Notes: generated by a model from the sequence alone, not told the origin. DNA of 52,432 bases from an uncultured Oscillospiraceae bacterium (GCA_944386845.1 CALXCP010000008.1:1-52432); one strand, 5' to 3'. Counted from the first letter of the stretch, positions 26,519 through 36,563 are shown. Numbers and translations are program-made.

Positions 26519-26568
26519 GGGCGTAAGAAAAGGAGGCAGGACACGAAGCCTTTTCTTACGCCCTTTTG
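26519..26568 (+). terminator. intrinsic terminator-like hairpin inside dcw cluster (possible attenuator)
   Basis: GGGCGTAAGAAAAGG...CCTTTTCTTACGCCC (15-bp stem) followed by TTTTG, between ftsL and the PBP gene. Confidence 0.5.
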
Positions 26569-26585
26569 CCGGGAGGTGAGGAGAG

Positions 26586-28979
26586 ATGCGGGAACAGGAC
26601 AGACGGGGGGCGGACCGGCCGGAGGGGGGCGACCGCCCCCAGCGCACCCACGACCGCCGGGCCAACAAGGTGATCCTCCAGCGCAGCATCTTCCTCATGG
26701 CGGTGTGCGGGGTGCTCATGTTCCTCCCCCTGATCTGGACGCTGTGGCAGATCTGCATCGTGCAGCACGACTACTACCAGGAGCTGGCCGTCCGGCAGCA
26801 GACCCGGGACGTGGAGGTCAGCGCCATGCGGGGGGACATCCTGGACCGCAACGGCAACGTGCTGGCCATGTCGGCCACGGTGTACAACCTGATCCTCTCC
26901 CCCCGGGACGTCATCAACAGCGTGGACGAGAAGGACTATCAGAATGAGGACGGCGTCACCGACCAGACCCTCTATCAGGCGGCCGTCGCCGCGAAAAAGG
27001 CCGCCATCGTGGACGGCCTTTGCGCCGTTCTCCCCCAGCTGGACCGGGCCGACGTGGAGGAGCGCATGGGGCGGGACTCCGCCTATCAGATCCTGGCCCG
27101 GGACCTGGAGCGGGAGGACTCCACCGCCGTGCGGGAGTACATCAGCGAGAACAAGCTCAGCGCCTGCGTCTATCTCACCCCCAGCTCCAAGCGGTATTAC
27201 CCCTACTCCAGCCTGGCCGCCCAGGTGGTGGGCTTCGTCAACGACAACGGCGGGGCCTATGGGGTGGAGGCCCTGTATGACGAGGAGCTGTCGGGCACGG
27301 TGGGCCGGGTGGTCACCGCCAAGGCCAACAACGGCACCGAGATGCCCAACGGCTGGTCCAACTACGTGGACGCCTCCGACGGCAGCGACGTCACCCTCAC
27401 CATCGACGTGAACATCCAGCAGTTCGCCGAGCAGGCGGTGCAGCAGGGCATCGAGGCCTACAACGCCCAGGGGGGCGGCATCTGCATCGTCATGGACCCG
27501 GACACCGGGGCCATCCTGGCCCACGTCAGCGTCCCCACCTATGACCTGAACCAGCCCGGCGCCGTCATCGACAAGAGCCTGTCCGCCTCGCTGGAGGCCC
27601 TGCGGGGCGACCCGGCGGGCACCGACGAGGCCTATGACCAGGCGGTGAGCGACGCCCGCTTCCAGCAGTGGCGCAGCAAGGTGGTCAACGACACCTATGA
27701 GCCGGGCTCCACCTTCAAGGCGGTGGTGCTGGCCGCCGCTCTGGAGGAGGGGGTGGTGTCGGAGAGCGACACCTTCTACTGCCCCGGCTATACCGTTGTC
27801 AACGGGGAGCACATCGCCTGCTCCAAGGCCAGCGGCCACGGCAGCCAGACCCTGCGGGAGGCGGTGCAGAACTCCTGCAACCCCGCCTTCATCGAGATCG
27901 GCCAGCGGCTGGGAGCCGAGAAGTTCTACGAGTACTTCGAGACCTTCGGCATGACCGAGGTCACCGGGGTGGACCTGATCGGGGAGACCAAGGGCCTGGC
28001 CTGGACGGAGGACTACTTTACCTCCGCCGAGGGCTACCTGTCCCTGGCCACCGCCTCCTTCGGCCAGCGCTTTACGACGACCCCCATCCGGATGATCACC
28101 GCCTTTGCCGCCACCATCAACGGCGGATACCTCTATCAGCCCTATGTGGTGGACCGGATCAGCGACTCGGAGGGCAACCTCATCCGGCAGACCGAGCCCA
28201 CCGTGGTGCGCCAGACGGTGAGTGAGGCCACCAGCGCCCACACCAGCGAGATCCTGGAGTCGGTGGTCAGCGAGGGCACCGGCGGCAACGCCTATGTGGA
28301 GGGATACCGGGTGGGCGGCAAGACCGGCACCTCCCAGACCCTGGTGGGGGAGCACGACTACATCGTTTCCTTCATGGGCTACGCCCCGGCGGACGACCCG
28401 GAGGTCATCGTGCTGCTGGCCCTGTACTATCCAGAGTGGGACTACGGCATGTACTCCACCAGCGGCACCTACATCAGCGGCGGCCAGATGGCAGCCCCCC
28501 TGGTGGGCCAGGTCATCGAGGAGACCCTGGAGTACATGGGGGTGGAGCGGGAGTACACCGCCGAGGAGGCCAACGCCGCCGACGTGGAGGTGCCCCAGCT
28601 GGTGGGCCTGTCCGCCGCCGACGCCAAGACCCGGCTGGAGCGGGCCGGCCTGGGCTGCCGCACCGTGGGCGACGGGGACACCGTCACCGGCCAGATCCCC
28701 GCCCGGGGCACGTCCATCCCCGGGGAGAGCCAGGTGGTGCTCTACCTGGGTGAGGAGATGCCCACCGAGCCGGTCACCGTCCCCGACGTGACGGGCAAGA
28801 CCCTGGAGGGGGCCCGGGCGGCCCTGGCCGAGGCGGGCCTGTACATGCGGGCCAGCGGCGTGTCCACCTACTACACCTCGTCCACCCTGGCCATCGACCA
28901 GTCGGTCCAGGGCGGGGAGACGGCGGCCCCCGGCACCGTCATCGAGGTGCGCTTCGCCAACAACAACGTCTACGACTGA
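26586..28979 (+). CDS. class B penicillin-binding protein (FtsI/PBP2B/SpoVD family) with two C-terminal PASTA domains
   Basis: STFK, SCN, KTGT active-site motifs. Two PASTA-like repeats (VPQLVGLSAADAK..., VPDVTGKTLEGAR...). Confidence 0.9.
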   Translation: MREQDRRGADRPEGGDRPQRTHDRRANKVILQRSIFLMAVCGVLMFLPLIWTLWQICIVQHDYYQELAVRQQTRDVEVSAMRGDILDRNGNVLAMSATVYNLILSPRDVINSVDEKDYQNEDGVTDQTLYQAAVAAKKAAIVDGLCAVLPQLDRADVEERMGRDSAYQILARDLEREDSTAVREYISENKLSACVYLTPSSKRYYPYSSLAAQVVGFVNDNGGAYGVEALYDEELSGTVGRVVTAKANNGTEMPNGWSNYVDASDGSDVTLTIDVNIQQFAEQAVQQGIEAYNAQGGGICIVMDPDTGAILAHVSVPTYDLNQPGAVIDKSLSASLEALRGDPAGTDEAYDQAVSDARFQQWRSKVVNDTYEPGSTFKAVVLAAALEEGVVSESDTFYCPGYTVVNGEHIACSKASGHGSQTLREAVQNSCNPAFIEIGQRLGAEKFYEYFETFGMTEVTGVDLIGETKGLAWTEDYFTSAEGYLSLATASFGQRFTTTPIRMITAFAATINGGYLYQPYVVDRISDSEGNLIRQTEPTVVRQTVSEATSAHTSEILESVVSEGTGGNAYVEGYRVGGKTGTSQTLVGEHDYIVSFMGYAPADDPEVIVLLALYYPEWDYGMYSTSGTYISGGQMAAPLVGQVIEETLEYMGVEREYTAEEANAADVEVPQLVGLSAADAKTRLERAGLGCRTVGDGDTVTGQIPARGTSIPGESQVVLYLGEEMPTEPVTVPDVTGKTLEGARAALAEAGLYMRASGVSTYYTSSTLAIDQSVQGGETAAPGTVIEVRFANNNVYD

Positions 28980-29022
28980 GCGCCTTACAGAGAATGAAAC
29001 CCCATCCCCGGAGGGGAGCGGC

Positions 29023-29547
29023 ATGACAGAAGGAGGACGCCCCGCCATGGCCGTGGCGGGGGGAGAGCGGCAGGCGGCCCTGCTGCGGGACCTGCTGGCC
29101 CGGACGGGCCGGGGGGAGTGGCAGGTGCTGCCCCTGTCCCGGGCGGCCGGCCCCCTGACGGTGGCCAGCCTGGGGGAGCTGGACTGGCCCGGCCTGGGCC
29201 GGGCGGTGCGGGAGGACCGCATCGCCCTGGCGGTGCTGGACCTGGACGCCCCCCTGAGCCGCTACTGGCTGGAGGCGGGGCTCACCCCCTGCCTGACCTA
29301 CTCGGAGAACAAGGACCGGGCCGACCTGACCGCCAAGAACCTGGTCCCCCTGCCCGGGGGCGGGGTGCGGTTCGAGGCCCTGTGGCGGGACGCCCTGTGC
29401 CGGGTGACCCTGGCCCCGGGGAGCTGCTCCCTGTACCAGGCGCTGGAGGTCATGGCCTGCGCCCGGGCGGCGGGGGTGGAGCCGGCCCAGTCGGCGGCCT
29501 ACCTCAGCGCCCTGCCCGCCGGACGGCCTGTTACCATTTGTGGTTGA
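29023..29547 (+). CDS. hypothetical protein (occupies the slot where murE/murF usually lie)
   Basis: 174-aa ORF with RBS GGAGGGGAG filling the 640-bp gap between the PBP gene and mraY. No recognisable family. Could be spurious GC-driven. Confidence 0.35.
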   Translation: MTEGGRPAMAVAGGERQAALLRDLLARTGRGEWQVLPLSRAAGPLTVASLGELDWPGLGRAVREDRIALAVLDLDAPLSRYWLEAGLTPCLTYSENKDRADLTAKNLVPLPGGGVRFEALWRDALCRVTLAPGSCSLYQALEVMACARAAGVEPAQSAAYLSALPAGRPVTICG

Positions 29548-29572
29548 AAAGAGGGGCGCCCTGTGATACACT
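29544..29572 (+). promoter_or_regulatory. internal promoter TTGAAA-17-TACACT upstream of mraY
   Basis: Hexamers at 29544-29549 and 29567-29572. Confidence 0.45.
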
Positions 29573-29620
29573 GGCGTGCCCGCGCAAAAGAAATGAGATC
29601 CCCCGGGGGAGGAGAAGGAA

Positions 29621-30607
29621 ATGAAGATCGTACTCGGCTTTATCGTGGCCTTCGCGGTGACCTTCGCGGCGGGGCGCTTCCTGGTGCCCGCCCTGCGGCG
29701 GCTGAAGGCCGGCCAGTCCATCAAGGAGATCGGCCCGTCCTGGCACATGTCCAAGCAGGGCACCCCCACCATGGGCGGCCTGATGTTCATCCTGGGCATC
29801 GGCGTGGCCACGGTGGCCCTCGGGTGGCAGCACATGCTGGCGGGGGACTTCGTCCACCTGTTCGTCTATCTCTTCGCCCTGGTCTTCGGGGCCATCGGCT
29901 TCATCGACGACTTTGAGAAGGTGAAGCACCATCAGAACACCGGCCTCACCGCCCCCCAGAAGTTCCTGCTCCAGCTGGCGGCCGCCCTGCTGTTCACCGT
30001 GCTGCTGCGGTACGAGGGGTACCTGAGCCCCAACCTGTACATCCCCTTCCTCAACGTGGAGCTCATCCTGCCCTGGTGGCTGTACATGGTGTTCGCCGCC
30101 TTCGTCATCGTGGGCACGGTGAACGCCGTGAACATCACCGACGGGGTGGACGGCCTGGCCACCGGGGTGACCATGCCGGTGGCCCTGTTCTTCACCGCCG
30201 TGGCCTGCTACTGGGGGTACACCACCCTCGGCATCTTCGCCGCCGCCGTGTTTGGCGGGCTGTGCGCCTTCCTGTTCTACAACTTCCATCCGGCCAAGGT
30301 GTTCATGGGGGACACCGGCTCCCTGTTCCTGGGCGGCGTGGTGTGCGGCCTGGCCTTCGCCCTGGACATCCCCCTGGCCCTCATCCCGGTGGGCATCGTC
30401 TACATCGCCGAGACCCTGTCCGACATCATCCAGGTCACCTATTTCAAGCTCACCCACGGCAAGCGCATCTTCCGCATGGCCCCCCTCCACCACCACTTCG
30501 AGCTGGGGGGCTGGAGCGAGGAAAAGCTCTTCTGCGTCTTCGCCGGGGTGACGGTGCTCACCTGCGTGCTCACCTTCTTCGGCGTCATGGACCGGATGCC
30601 CGTCTGA
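29621..30607 (+). CDS. mraY: phospho-N-acetylmuramoyl-pentapeptide transferase MraY
   Basis: 10-TM protein with MraY signatures (KxGTPTMGG, DDxxK, NAVNxTDGxDGLA, HHHFE). Confidence 0.9.
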   Translation: MKIVLGFIVAFAVTFAAGRFLVPALRRLKAGQSIKEIGPSWHMSKQGTPTMGGLMFILGIGVATVALGWQHMLAGDFVHLFVYLFALVFGAIGFIDDFEKVKHHQNTGLTAPQKFLLQLAAALLFTVLLRYEGYLSPNLYIPFLNVELILPWWLYMVFAAFVIVGTVNAVNITDGVDGLATGVTMPVALFFTAVACYWGYTTLGIFAAAVFGGLCAFLFYNFHPAKVFMGDTGSLFLGGVVCGLAFALDIPLALIPVGIVYIAETLSDIIQVTYFKLTHGKRIFRMAPLHHHFELGGWSEEKLFCVFAGVTVLTCVLTFFGVMDRMPV

Positions 30608-30645
30608 CCGGCGCCCCCATCTGAACCCGGAAAGGAGGTCCCCCC

Positions 30646-31857
30646 GTGCCCAAGTCCAAACGCGATCTGACCATGGAGCAGCAGCTCGGCCGGGGGCCGG
30701 TGGACCTGCCCTTTCTGATGCTGGTGCTGCTGCTGGTGGGGATCGGGGCGGTGATGGTGTTCTCCGCCTCCTTCGCCACCGCCTATTACGTGGAGGATGA
30801 CCCCTTTTACTATGTCAAGCGCCACGCCGTCTTCGTGGCGGCCGGCCTGGTGATCATGTACCTGATCTCCAAGTTCAACTACCAGCTCTGGCGGGGGCTG
30901 TCCATGCCCCTGCTGGGGGCGGCCTTCGTGCTGCTGGTGCTGGTGCTCACCCCGCTGGGCTACGGCAGCGAGGAGGTGGGCGCCCAGCGGTGGATGAAGG
31001 TGTTTCTGGTGGCCGGCCCGGGCTTTCAGCCCTCGGAGATCGCCAAGCTGGCGGTCATCCTCTTCTTCTCCGCCCGGCTGGCCAAGCGGGACGGGCAGAA
31101 AAAGCGGAAGTGGAACCGCCGCACCGCCCTGGGCCGGCTGCTCCAGGTGCTGGATGACATCGGCTTTCTGGAGCTGGTGCCCTACGCCGCCATCCTGCTG
31201 GCCATGGCGGGCCTGATGCTGAAGGAGCCCCACCTGTCGGGCACGGTGCTCATCATGGCGGGGGGCGCCGCGGTGCTCTTCGCCGCCGGGGTGCGGCTGT
31301 ACTGGTTCATCATCGGGGGCGGCTTCGCGGCGGCGGGGCTGTGGTTCATCATCACCTTCACCGACTACATGTCCGCCCGCATCGAGCTGTGGCTGGACCC
31401 CTGGTCGGACGCCCAGAACAAGGGCTACCAGACCATCCAGTCCATCTACGCCATCGCCTCCGGCGGCCTCACCGGCCTGGGCCTGGGCCAGAGCCGGCAG
31501 AAATACCTCTATCTCCCCGAGCCGGAGAACGACTTTATCTTCTCCATCGCGGTGGAGGAGCTGGGCTTCATCGGGGCCATCCTGATCATCGCCCTGTTCG
31601 CCCTGCTGATCATCCGGGGGTACTGGCTGGCCATCCACGCCCGGGACCGGTTCGGCTCCCTGGTCATCGTGGGCATCAACACCCTGCTGGCGGTGCAGGT
31701 CTTCCTGAACATCGGCGTGGTGACCAACTTCCTGCCCAACACGGGCATCTCCCTGCCCTTCTTCAGCTACGGCGGCACCGCCCTGTGGATCCACATGGCC
31801 GAGATGGGCATCATCCTGGCGGTGTCCCGGCAGATCCCGGCGCCCAAGCAGGAATAA
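30646..31857 (+). CDS. ftsW: FtsW/RodA/SpoVE-family peptidoglycan glycosyltransferase
   Basis: SEDS family motifs (PSEIAKLAV, SGGLTGLGLGQS, DFIFSIAVEELGFIG), GTG start. Confidence 0.85.
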   Translation: MPKSKRDLTMEQQLGRGPVDLPFLMLVLLLVGIGAVMVFSASFATAYYVEDDPFYYVKRHAVFVAAGLVIMYLISKFNYQLWRGLSMPLLGAAFVLLVLVLTPLGYGSEEVGAQRWMKVFLVAGPGFQPSEIAKLAVILFFSARLAKRDGQKKRKWNRRTALGRLLQVLDDIGFLELVPYAAILLAMAGLMLKEPHLSGTVLIMAGGAAVLFAAGVRLYWFIIGGGFAAAGLWFIITFTDYMSARIELWLDPWSDAQNKGYQTIQSIYAIASGGLTGLGLGQSRQKYLYLPEPENDFIFSIAVEELGFIGAILIIALFALLIIRGYWLAIHARDRFGSLVIVGINTLLAVQVFLNIGVVTNFLPNTGISLPFFSYGGTALWIHMAEMGIILAVSRQIPAPKQE

Positions 31858-31935
31858 TGAGGAATTAGGAGTTAGGAATTAGGAATTGCCGAAGCTCCGA
31901 ACATTCCTAATTCCTAATTTCTAATTTGATGAACG
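31858..31935. repeat. tandem/inverted TTAGGAA heptamer repeat element (AT-rich hairpin)
   Basis: GGAATTAGGAGTTAGGAATTAGGAATTG ... CATTCCTAATTCCTAATTTCTAATTTG; the two halves are near reverse complements. Confidence 0.6.
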
Positions 31936-31948
31936 GGGTGTATCATCC

Positions 31949-33070
31949 ATGAAGATCCTCTTCACCTGCGGCGGGACCGCGGGACATGTGAATCCGGCGG
32001 TGGCGGTGGCCCGGCTGTTCCAGGAGCGCCACCCCGGCTGCGAGGTCCTCTTCGTGGGGGCGGACGGCGGCATGGAGCAGGACCTGGTCCCCCGGGAGGG
32101 CTTCCCCATCCGCACGGTGACCATCACCAACTTCCGCCGCAGGCTCACCCCCGAGGGCATCCGGCACAACCTGGTCACCCTGCGCAACCTGGCGGTGTCC
32201 CGGGGGCAGGCCAGACGCATCCTGGATGAGTTCCCCGCCGACCTGGTGGTGGGGACGGGGGGATACGCCTCTTATCCCGTGGTCCGGGAGGCGGCCCGCC
32301 GGGGCATCCCCACCGCGGTCCACGAGTCCAACGCCGTCCCCGGCCTGACCACCCAGCGGCTGGCCCGGGTGGTGGACCGGGTGATGGTGGGCTTTGAGGA
32401 GAGCCGGGCCCACTATCCCCACCCCGAGCGGGTGGTGGTCACCGGCACCCCGGTGCGGGGGGACTTCTTCCGCTATACCAGGGCGGAGGCCCGGGAGAAG
32501 CTGGGCCTCACCGACGACCGGCCCCTGCTGCTGTCCACCTGGGGCTCCCTCGGGGCCTCGGTGATGAACGGCTACACCGTGGAGATGCTGGAGCGGGAGC
32601 AGCGGGAGGGCTGGCCCTTCCGCCACATCGCCGGCGGGGGGCGCAGCTATCCGGCCATGCGGGCCGCCCTAACGGAGCGGGGGGTGGACCTGACGGGCTC
32701 GGGCTGTGAGCTGCGGGAGTACATCTACGACATGCCCCTGGTCATGGCGGCCGCCGACCTGGTGCTGTGCCGGGCGGGGGCGTCCACCCTGGCGGAGCTG
32801 AGCGCCATCGCCAAGCCCGCCATCCTGGTGCCCTCTCCCAACGTCACCGCCAACCACCAGGAGAAGAACGCCCGGGTGCTGGCCGGCGCCGGCGGCGCCG
32901 AGCTGCTGCTGGAGAGCGAGTGCACCGGCCCCGTCCTCTATGAGCGGGCGGCCGCCCTGCTCCGGGACGCCGGCCGCCGGGACGAGATGACCCGCCGGCT
33001 GCGGGGCCTGGGGGTGCCCGACGCGGGGGAGCGGATCTACACCACCCTGCGCGCCCTGATGAAGAACTGA
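31949..33070 (+). CDS. murG: UDP-N-acetylglucosamine--N-acetylmuramyl-(pentapeptide) pyrophosphoryl-undecaprenol GlcNAc transferase MurG
   Basis: MKILFTCGGTAGHVNPAVAVA N-terminus, GT28 C-terminal domain. Confidence 0.9.
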   Translation: MKILFTCGGTAGHVNPAVAVARLFQERHPGCEVLFVGADGGMEQDLVPREGFPIRTVTITNFRRRLTPEGIRHNLVTLRNLAVSRGQARRILDEFPADLVVGTGGYASYPVVREAARRGIPTAVHESNAVPGLTTQRLARVVDRVMVGFEESRAHYPHPERVVVTGTPVRGDFFRYTRAEAREKLGLTDDRPLLLSTWGSLGASVMNGYTVEMLEREQREGWPFRHIAGGGRSYPAMRAALTERGVDLTGSGCELREYIYDMPLVMAAADLVLCRAGASTLAELSAIAKPAILVPSPNVTANHQEKNARVLAGAGGAELLLESECTGPVLYERAAALLRDAGRRDEMTRRLRGLGVPDAGERIYTTLRALMKN

Positions 33071-33133
33071 GGGAACGGCCCCGCCGCCCCCCACATAGGA
33101 TGGCCTGAGACCACCAATGTGGGAGGGTGTTTC

Positions 33134-34396
33134 ATGGAACAGTTGCTGATCGCGGGGGGAAGGCCCCTGTCCGGGAGCGTGGAGGTCCACGGGGCCAAGA
33201 ACAGCGTGCTGCCCATCCTGGCGGCCACCCTGCTCTCAGGCGGGGAGTGCATGATCGAGAACTGCCCCCGCCTGTCCGACGTGGCCGCCTCCATCCGCAT
33301 CCTGGAGCACCTGGGCTGCCAGGTGATCCAGCGGGGGAGCACCGTGTGGGTGGACGCAGGCCGCCCCCTCCGGGGGGACGTCCCCGACGGGCTCATGCGG
33401 GAGATGCGCTCCTCGGTCATCTTCCTCGGGGCCATCCTGGCCCGGCTGGGAGAGGCCGTCATCAGCTACCCCGGCGGCTGCGAGCTGGGCCCCCGGCCCA
33501 TCGACCTGCATCTGGAGGCCCTGCGCCGGCTGGGGGCGGAGGTGGAGGAGGACCACGGCGCCCTGCGCTGCCGGGCGGGGAGACTCACCGGCTGTGAGAT
33601 CCCCCTGTCCATCCCCAGCGTGGGGGCCACCGAGAACGCCATCCTGGCCGCCTGCGGCGCGGAGGGGACCACCGTCATCCTCAACGCCGCCCGGGAGCCC
33701 GAGATCGTGGACCTGCAGCGCTTCCTCACCGCCCTCGGGGCCCGGGTGCGGGGGGCGGGCAGCTCCACGGTGACGGTGGAGGGCGGCCGGCCCCTCCACG
33801 GCGGACGCTTCCGGGTCATGGGGGATCGGATCGTGGCCTCCACCTACCTGGCGGCGGTGGCCGCCGCCGGGGGCGAGGCCGAGATCCGAGGGGCCGACTG
33901 GCGCCACCTGGCCACCATGACCGCCGCCCTGGGGGAGGCGGGCTGCCGGGTGAGCAGCGGGCCCGACCGGGCGGTCATCCGGGCGCAGGGGCGGCTGCGG
34001 GGCCTGCGCCCCATCCGCACCGCCCCCTACCCCGGCTTCCCCACCGACGCCCAGGCCATCCTCATGGCCGCCCTGTGCACCGCCGAGGGGGCCACCGTGT
34101 TCGTGGAGAACATCTTTGAGAGCCGGTACCGCCACGTGGATGAGCTGGCCCGCATGGGGGCGGACATCCGGGTGGAGGGCCGGGTGGCGGTGGTGTACGG
34201 GGTGCCCCGGCTCCACGGGGCCCGGCTGCGGTGCACCGACCTGCGGGGGGGCGCCGCCTTGGCGGTGGCCGCCCTCGGGGCCGAGGGGGAGAGCGCCATC
34301 ACCGGCCTGGAGCACATCCGCCGGGGGTACGAGGACCTGCCCGGCGCCCTGGCCGCCCTCGGGGCGGAGGCCCGCCTCACCGGCGGCGATACATAA
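33134..34396 (+). CDS. murA: UDP-N-acetylglucosamine 1-carboxyvinyltransferase MurA
   Basis: LxIxGGxxLxGxVxVxGAKNSVLPILAATLL N-terminus. EPSP-synthase-fold repeats. Start at ATG 33134 behind GGGAGGG. Confidence 0.9.
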   Translation: MEQLLIAGGRPLSGSVEVHGAKNSVLPILAATLLSGGECMIENCPRLSDVAASIRILEHLGCQVIQRGSTVWVDAGRPLRGDVPDGLMREMRSSVIFLGAILARLGEAVISYPGGCELGPRPIDLHLEALRRLGAEVEEDHGALRCRAGRLTGCEIPLSIPSVGATENAILAACGAEGTTVILNAAREPEIVDLQRFLTALGARVRGAGSSTVTVEGGRPLHGGRFRVMGDRIVASTYLAAVAAAGGEAEIRGADWRHLATMTAALGEAGCRVSSGPDRAVIRAQGRLRGLRPIRTAPYPGFPTDAQAILMAALCTAEGATVFVENIFESRYRHVDELARMGADIRVEGRVAVVYGVPRLHGARLRCTDLRGGAALAVAALGAEGESAITGLEHIRRGYEDLPGALAALGAEARLTGGDT

Positions 34397-34416
34397 GGAA
34401 CGAACAGGAGAACACC

Positions 34417-35193
34417 ATGGCACACAGGAGCAGCAGACGAAGAGCACGCCGCAGGGGCCGCTTCAGCGGTCTCTATAAGCTGCTGTCCGCGCTGCTCATC
34501 CTGGCGGCCCTGGTGGCCGGCTGCCTGGTGTTTTTCCGGGCGGAGGGGGTGGCCGTCTCGGGCAACGAGCGCTACACCGAGGAGGAGATCGTCCGGGTCT
34601 CCGGCGTGACCCAGGGGGAAAACCTCTTCGCCCTGCTGCTGCGCCGGGGGGAGATCGCCGACACCCTGCGGGAGCAGCTGCCCTATGTGGAGGCGGTGTC
34701 CATCCGCTCCGCCCTGCCCGACACCCTGGTCATCGAGGTGCGGGAGTGCCGGGCGGCGGCCTATATCCGGTATGAGGGGGCCGACTGGCTGCTGAACGCC
34801 GGGGGCAAGCTGCTGGAGCGGGTCACCGACGGGGAGACGGGAGACACGGTGGAGCTCACCGGCGTCACCGCTCTGCAGCCCTCTCCGGGCACCCAGCTGG
34901 CGGTGAGCCAGGAGGAGTCCCGGAAGCTGGAGGACGCCCTGGCCCTGCTGGGGGCGCTGGAGGAGCGGGGGCTGCTGGCCGGGGCGGACTCCATCGACCT
35001 GTCCTCGGACAGCCGGATGGAGATGCGCTATGAGGACCGGCTCACCGTCCGCCTGGCCTATGCCTCGGACTATGACTACGACGCCAAGGCCCTGGCCGCC
35101 GCCATCGACTACCTCGGGCCGGAGGAGCGCTCGGTGGTGGACCTGACCTTCGAGGACGGGCCCCACCTCTACCCGGAGCGGCCGGCGGGCTGA
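34417..35193 (+). CDS. divIB: FtsQ/DivIB-type cell division protein (POTRA domain)
   Basis: Basic N-terminus, single TM, POTRA-like VSGNERYTEEEI...LVIEVRE. Confidence 0.7.
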   Translation: MAHRSSRRRARRRGRFSGLYKLLSALLILAALVAGCLVFFRAEGVAVSGNERYTEEEIVRVSGVTQGENLFALLLRRGEIADTLREQLPYVEAVSIRSALPDTLVIEVRECRAAAYIRYEGADWLLNAGGKLLERVTDGETGDTVELTGVTALQPSPGTQLAVSQEESRKLEDALALLGALEERGLLAGADSIDLSSDSRMEMRYEDRLTVRLAYASDYDYDAKALAAAIDYLGPEERSVVDLTFEDGPHLYPERPAG

Positions 35194-35232
35194 CCGCCGG
35201 CCCGGGCCGGTGAAAAAAAGCCGCCCCGGCTC

Positions 35233-35261
35233 TTGACCTGAGGGGAAAAGAGCGATACAAT
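35233..35261 (+). promoter_or_regulatory. ftsZ promoter TTGACC-17-TACAAT
   Basis: Hexamers at 35233-35238 and 35256-35261. Confidence 0.6.
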
Positions 35262-35353
35262 ATAACAAAATATAGACACACTGGGGGCGTCCCGACACAA
35301 GGGTTTGTTTTTCGCCCCCTTATGACAGTTTTACAACACAGGAGGAACCGCGT

Positions 35354-36505
35354 ATGGCATTCGGACTGGACATGGGTCCTGACAACGTCGTCACCATCAA
35401 GGTGGTGGGCGTCGGCGGCGGCGGCAACAATGTGGTCAACCGCATGGTGCGCTCGGGCACCAAGGGTGTGGATTTTATCGGCATCAATACGGACAAGCAG
35501 GCGCTGTCCGTCTCCAGCGCCACCCAGAAGATCCAGATCGGGGAGAAGCTCACCAACGGACAGGGGGCTGGCTCCGACCCCGAGGTGGGCCGCAAGTCCG
35601 CCGAGGAGAACCGCAGTCAGATCGCCAAGGCCATGGAGGACGCCGACATGGTCTTCATCACCGCCGGCATGGGGGGCGGCACCGGCACCGGCGCGGCCCC
35701 CATCGTGGCCGACATCGCCAAGGAGATGGGCGTGCTCACCGTGGGCGTGGTCACCAAGCCCTTTGCCTTTGAGGGCCGCCGCCGGATGCAGCAGGCCGAG
35801 GCCGGCATCGCCGAGCTGCGCACCAAGGTGGACTCCCTGGTCATCATCCCCAACGAACGCCTCAAGTACGCCACCGACCAGAAGGTCACCCTGGCCAACG
35901 CCTTCGAGATCGCCGACGACGTGCTGCGCCAGGCGGTGCAGTCCATCTCCGACCTGATCAAGAACACCGGTTTCATCAACCTGGACTTCGCCGACGTGTC
36001 CGCCGTCATGAAGAACGCGGGCATGGCCCACATGGGCGTGGGCCGGGCCGCCGGCAAGGGCAAGGCGGAGGAGGCCGCCAAGCTGGCCATCTCCAGCCCC
36101 CTGCTGGAGACCTCCATCAACGGCGCCAAGGGCGTACTGGTCAACGTCACCGGCTCGGTGGACATCGGCCTGGAGGAGGTGGAGACCGCCTCCAACCTGG
36201 TGCGGGACGCCGCCCACCCCGACGCCCTGATCATCTTCGGCGCCACCTTCGACGAGACCATGGAGGACGAGATCCGGGTCACCGTCATCGCCACCGGCTT
36301 TGAGGAGGGGCAGGGCGCCCTTCCCGACCAGCCCTTCACCCGGGCGGGCGAGAAGGTGGAGAGCCAGAAGCAGGAGCAGGCCCAGGCGCAGGCGGAGGAG
36401 GCCCCCGCCGCCGAGGAGAAGAAGCCGGAGGACAAGCCCCCGGAGACCGGCCTGGGGGAGAGCGACTTCGACGCCATCTTCCAGATCTTCAACCGCAAGA
36501 AGTGA
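35354..36505 (+). CDS. ftsZ: cell division GTPase FtsZ
   Basis: [18 protein letters not shown] tubulin signature, conserved C-terminal peptide DFDAIFQIF. Confidence 0.95.
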   Translation: MAFGLDMGPDNVVTIKVVGVGGGGNNVVNRMVRSGTKGVDFIGINTDKQALSVSSATQKIQIGEKLTNGQGAGSDPEVGRKSAEENRSQIAKAMEDADMVFITAGMGGGTGTGAAPIVADIAKEMGVLTVGVVTKPFAFEGRRRMQQAEAGIAELRTKVDSLVIIPNERLKYATDQKVTLANAFEIADDVLRQAVQSISDLIKNTGFINLDFADVSAVMKNAGMAHMGVGRAAGKGKAEEAAKLAISSPLLETSINGAKGVLVNVTGSVDIGLEEVETASNLVRDAAHPDALIIFGATFDETMEDEIRVTVIATGFEEGQGALPDQPFTRAGEKVESQKQEQAQAQAEEAPAAEEKKPEDKPPETGLGESDFDAIFQIFNRKK

Positions 36506-36517
36506 TTGGAGCGCACC

Positions 36518-36552
36518 GCTGCCGCCCGGCGAAAGCCGGGCGGCAGCTTTTC
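36518..36552 (+). terminator. rho-independent terminator
   Basis: GCTGCCGCCCGGC-GAAA-GCCGGGCGGCAGC followed by TTTT. Confidence 0.8.
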
Positions 36553-36563
36553 ATGCCCCTTCA

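Noticed and set aside
31858-31935. TTAGGAA repeats as a possible CRISPR array
   Set aside because: Units are 7 bp with no spacers of 25-40 bp. The structure is an inverted repeat, not a repeat-spacer array. No cas genes.
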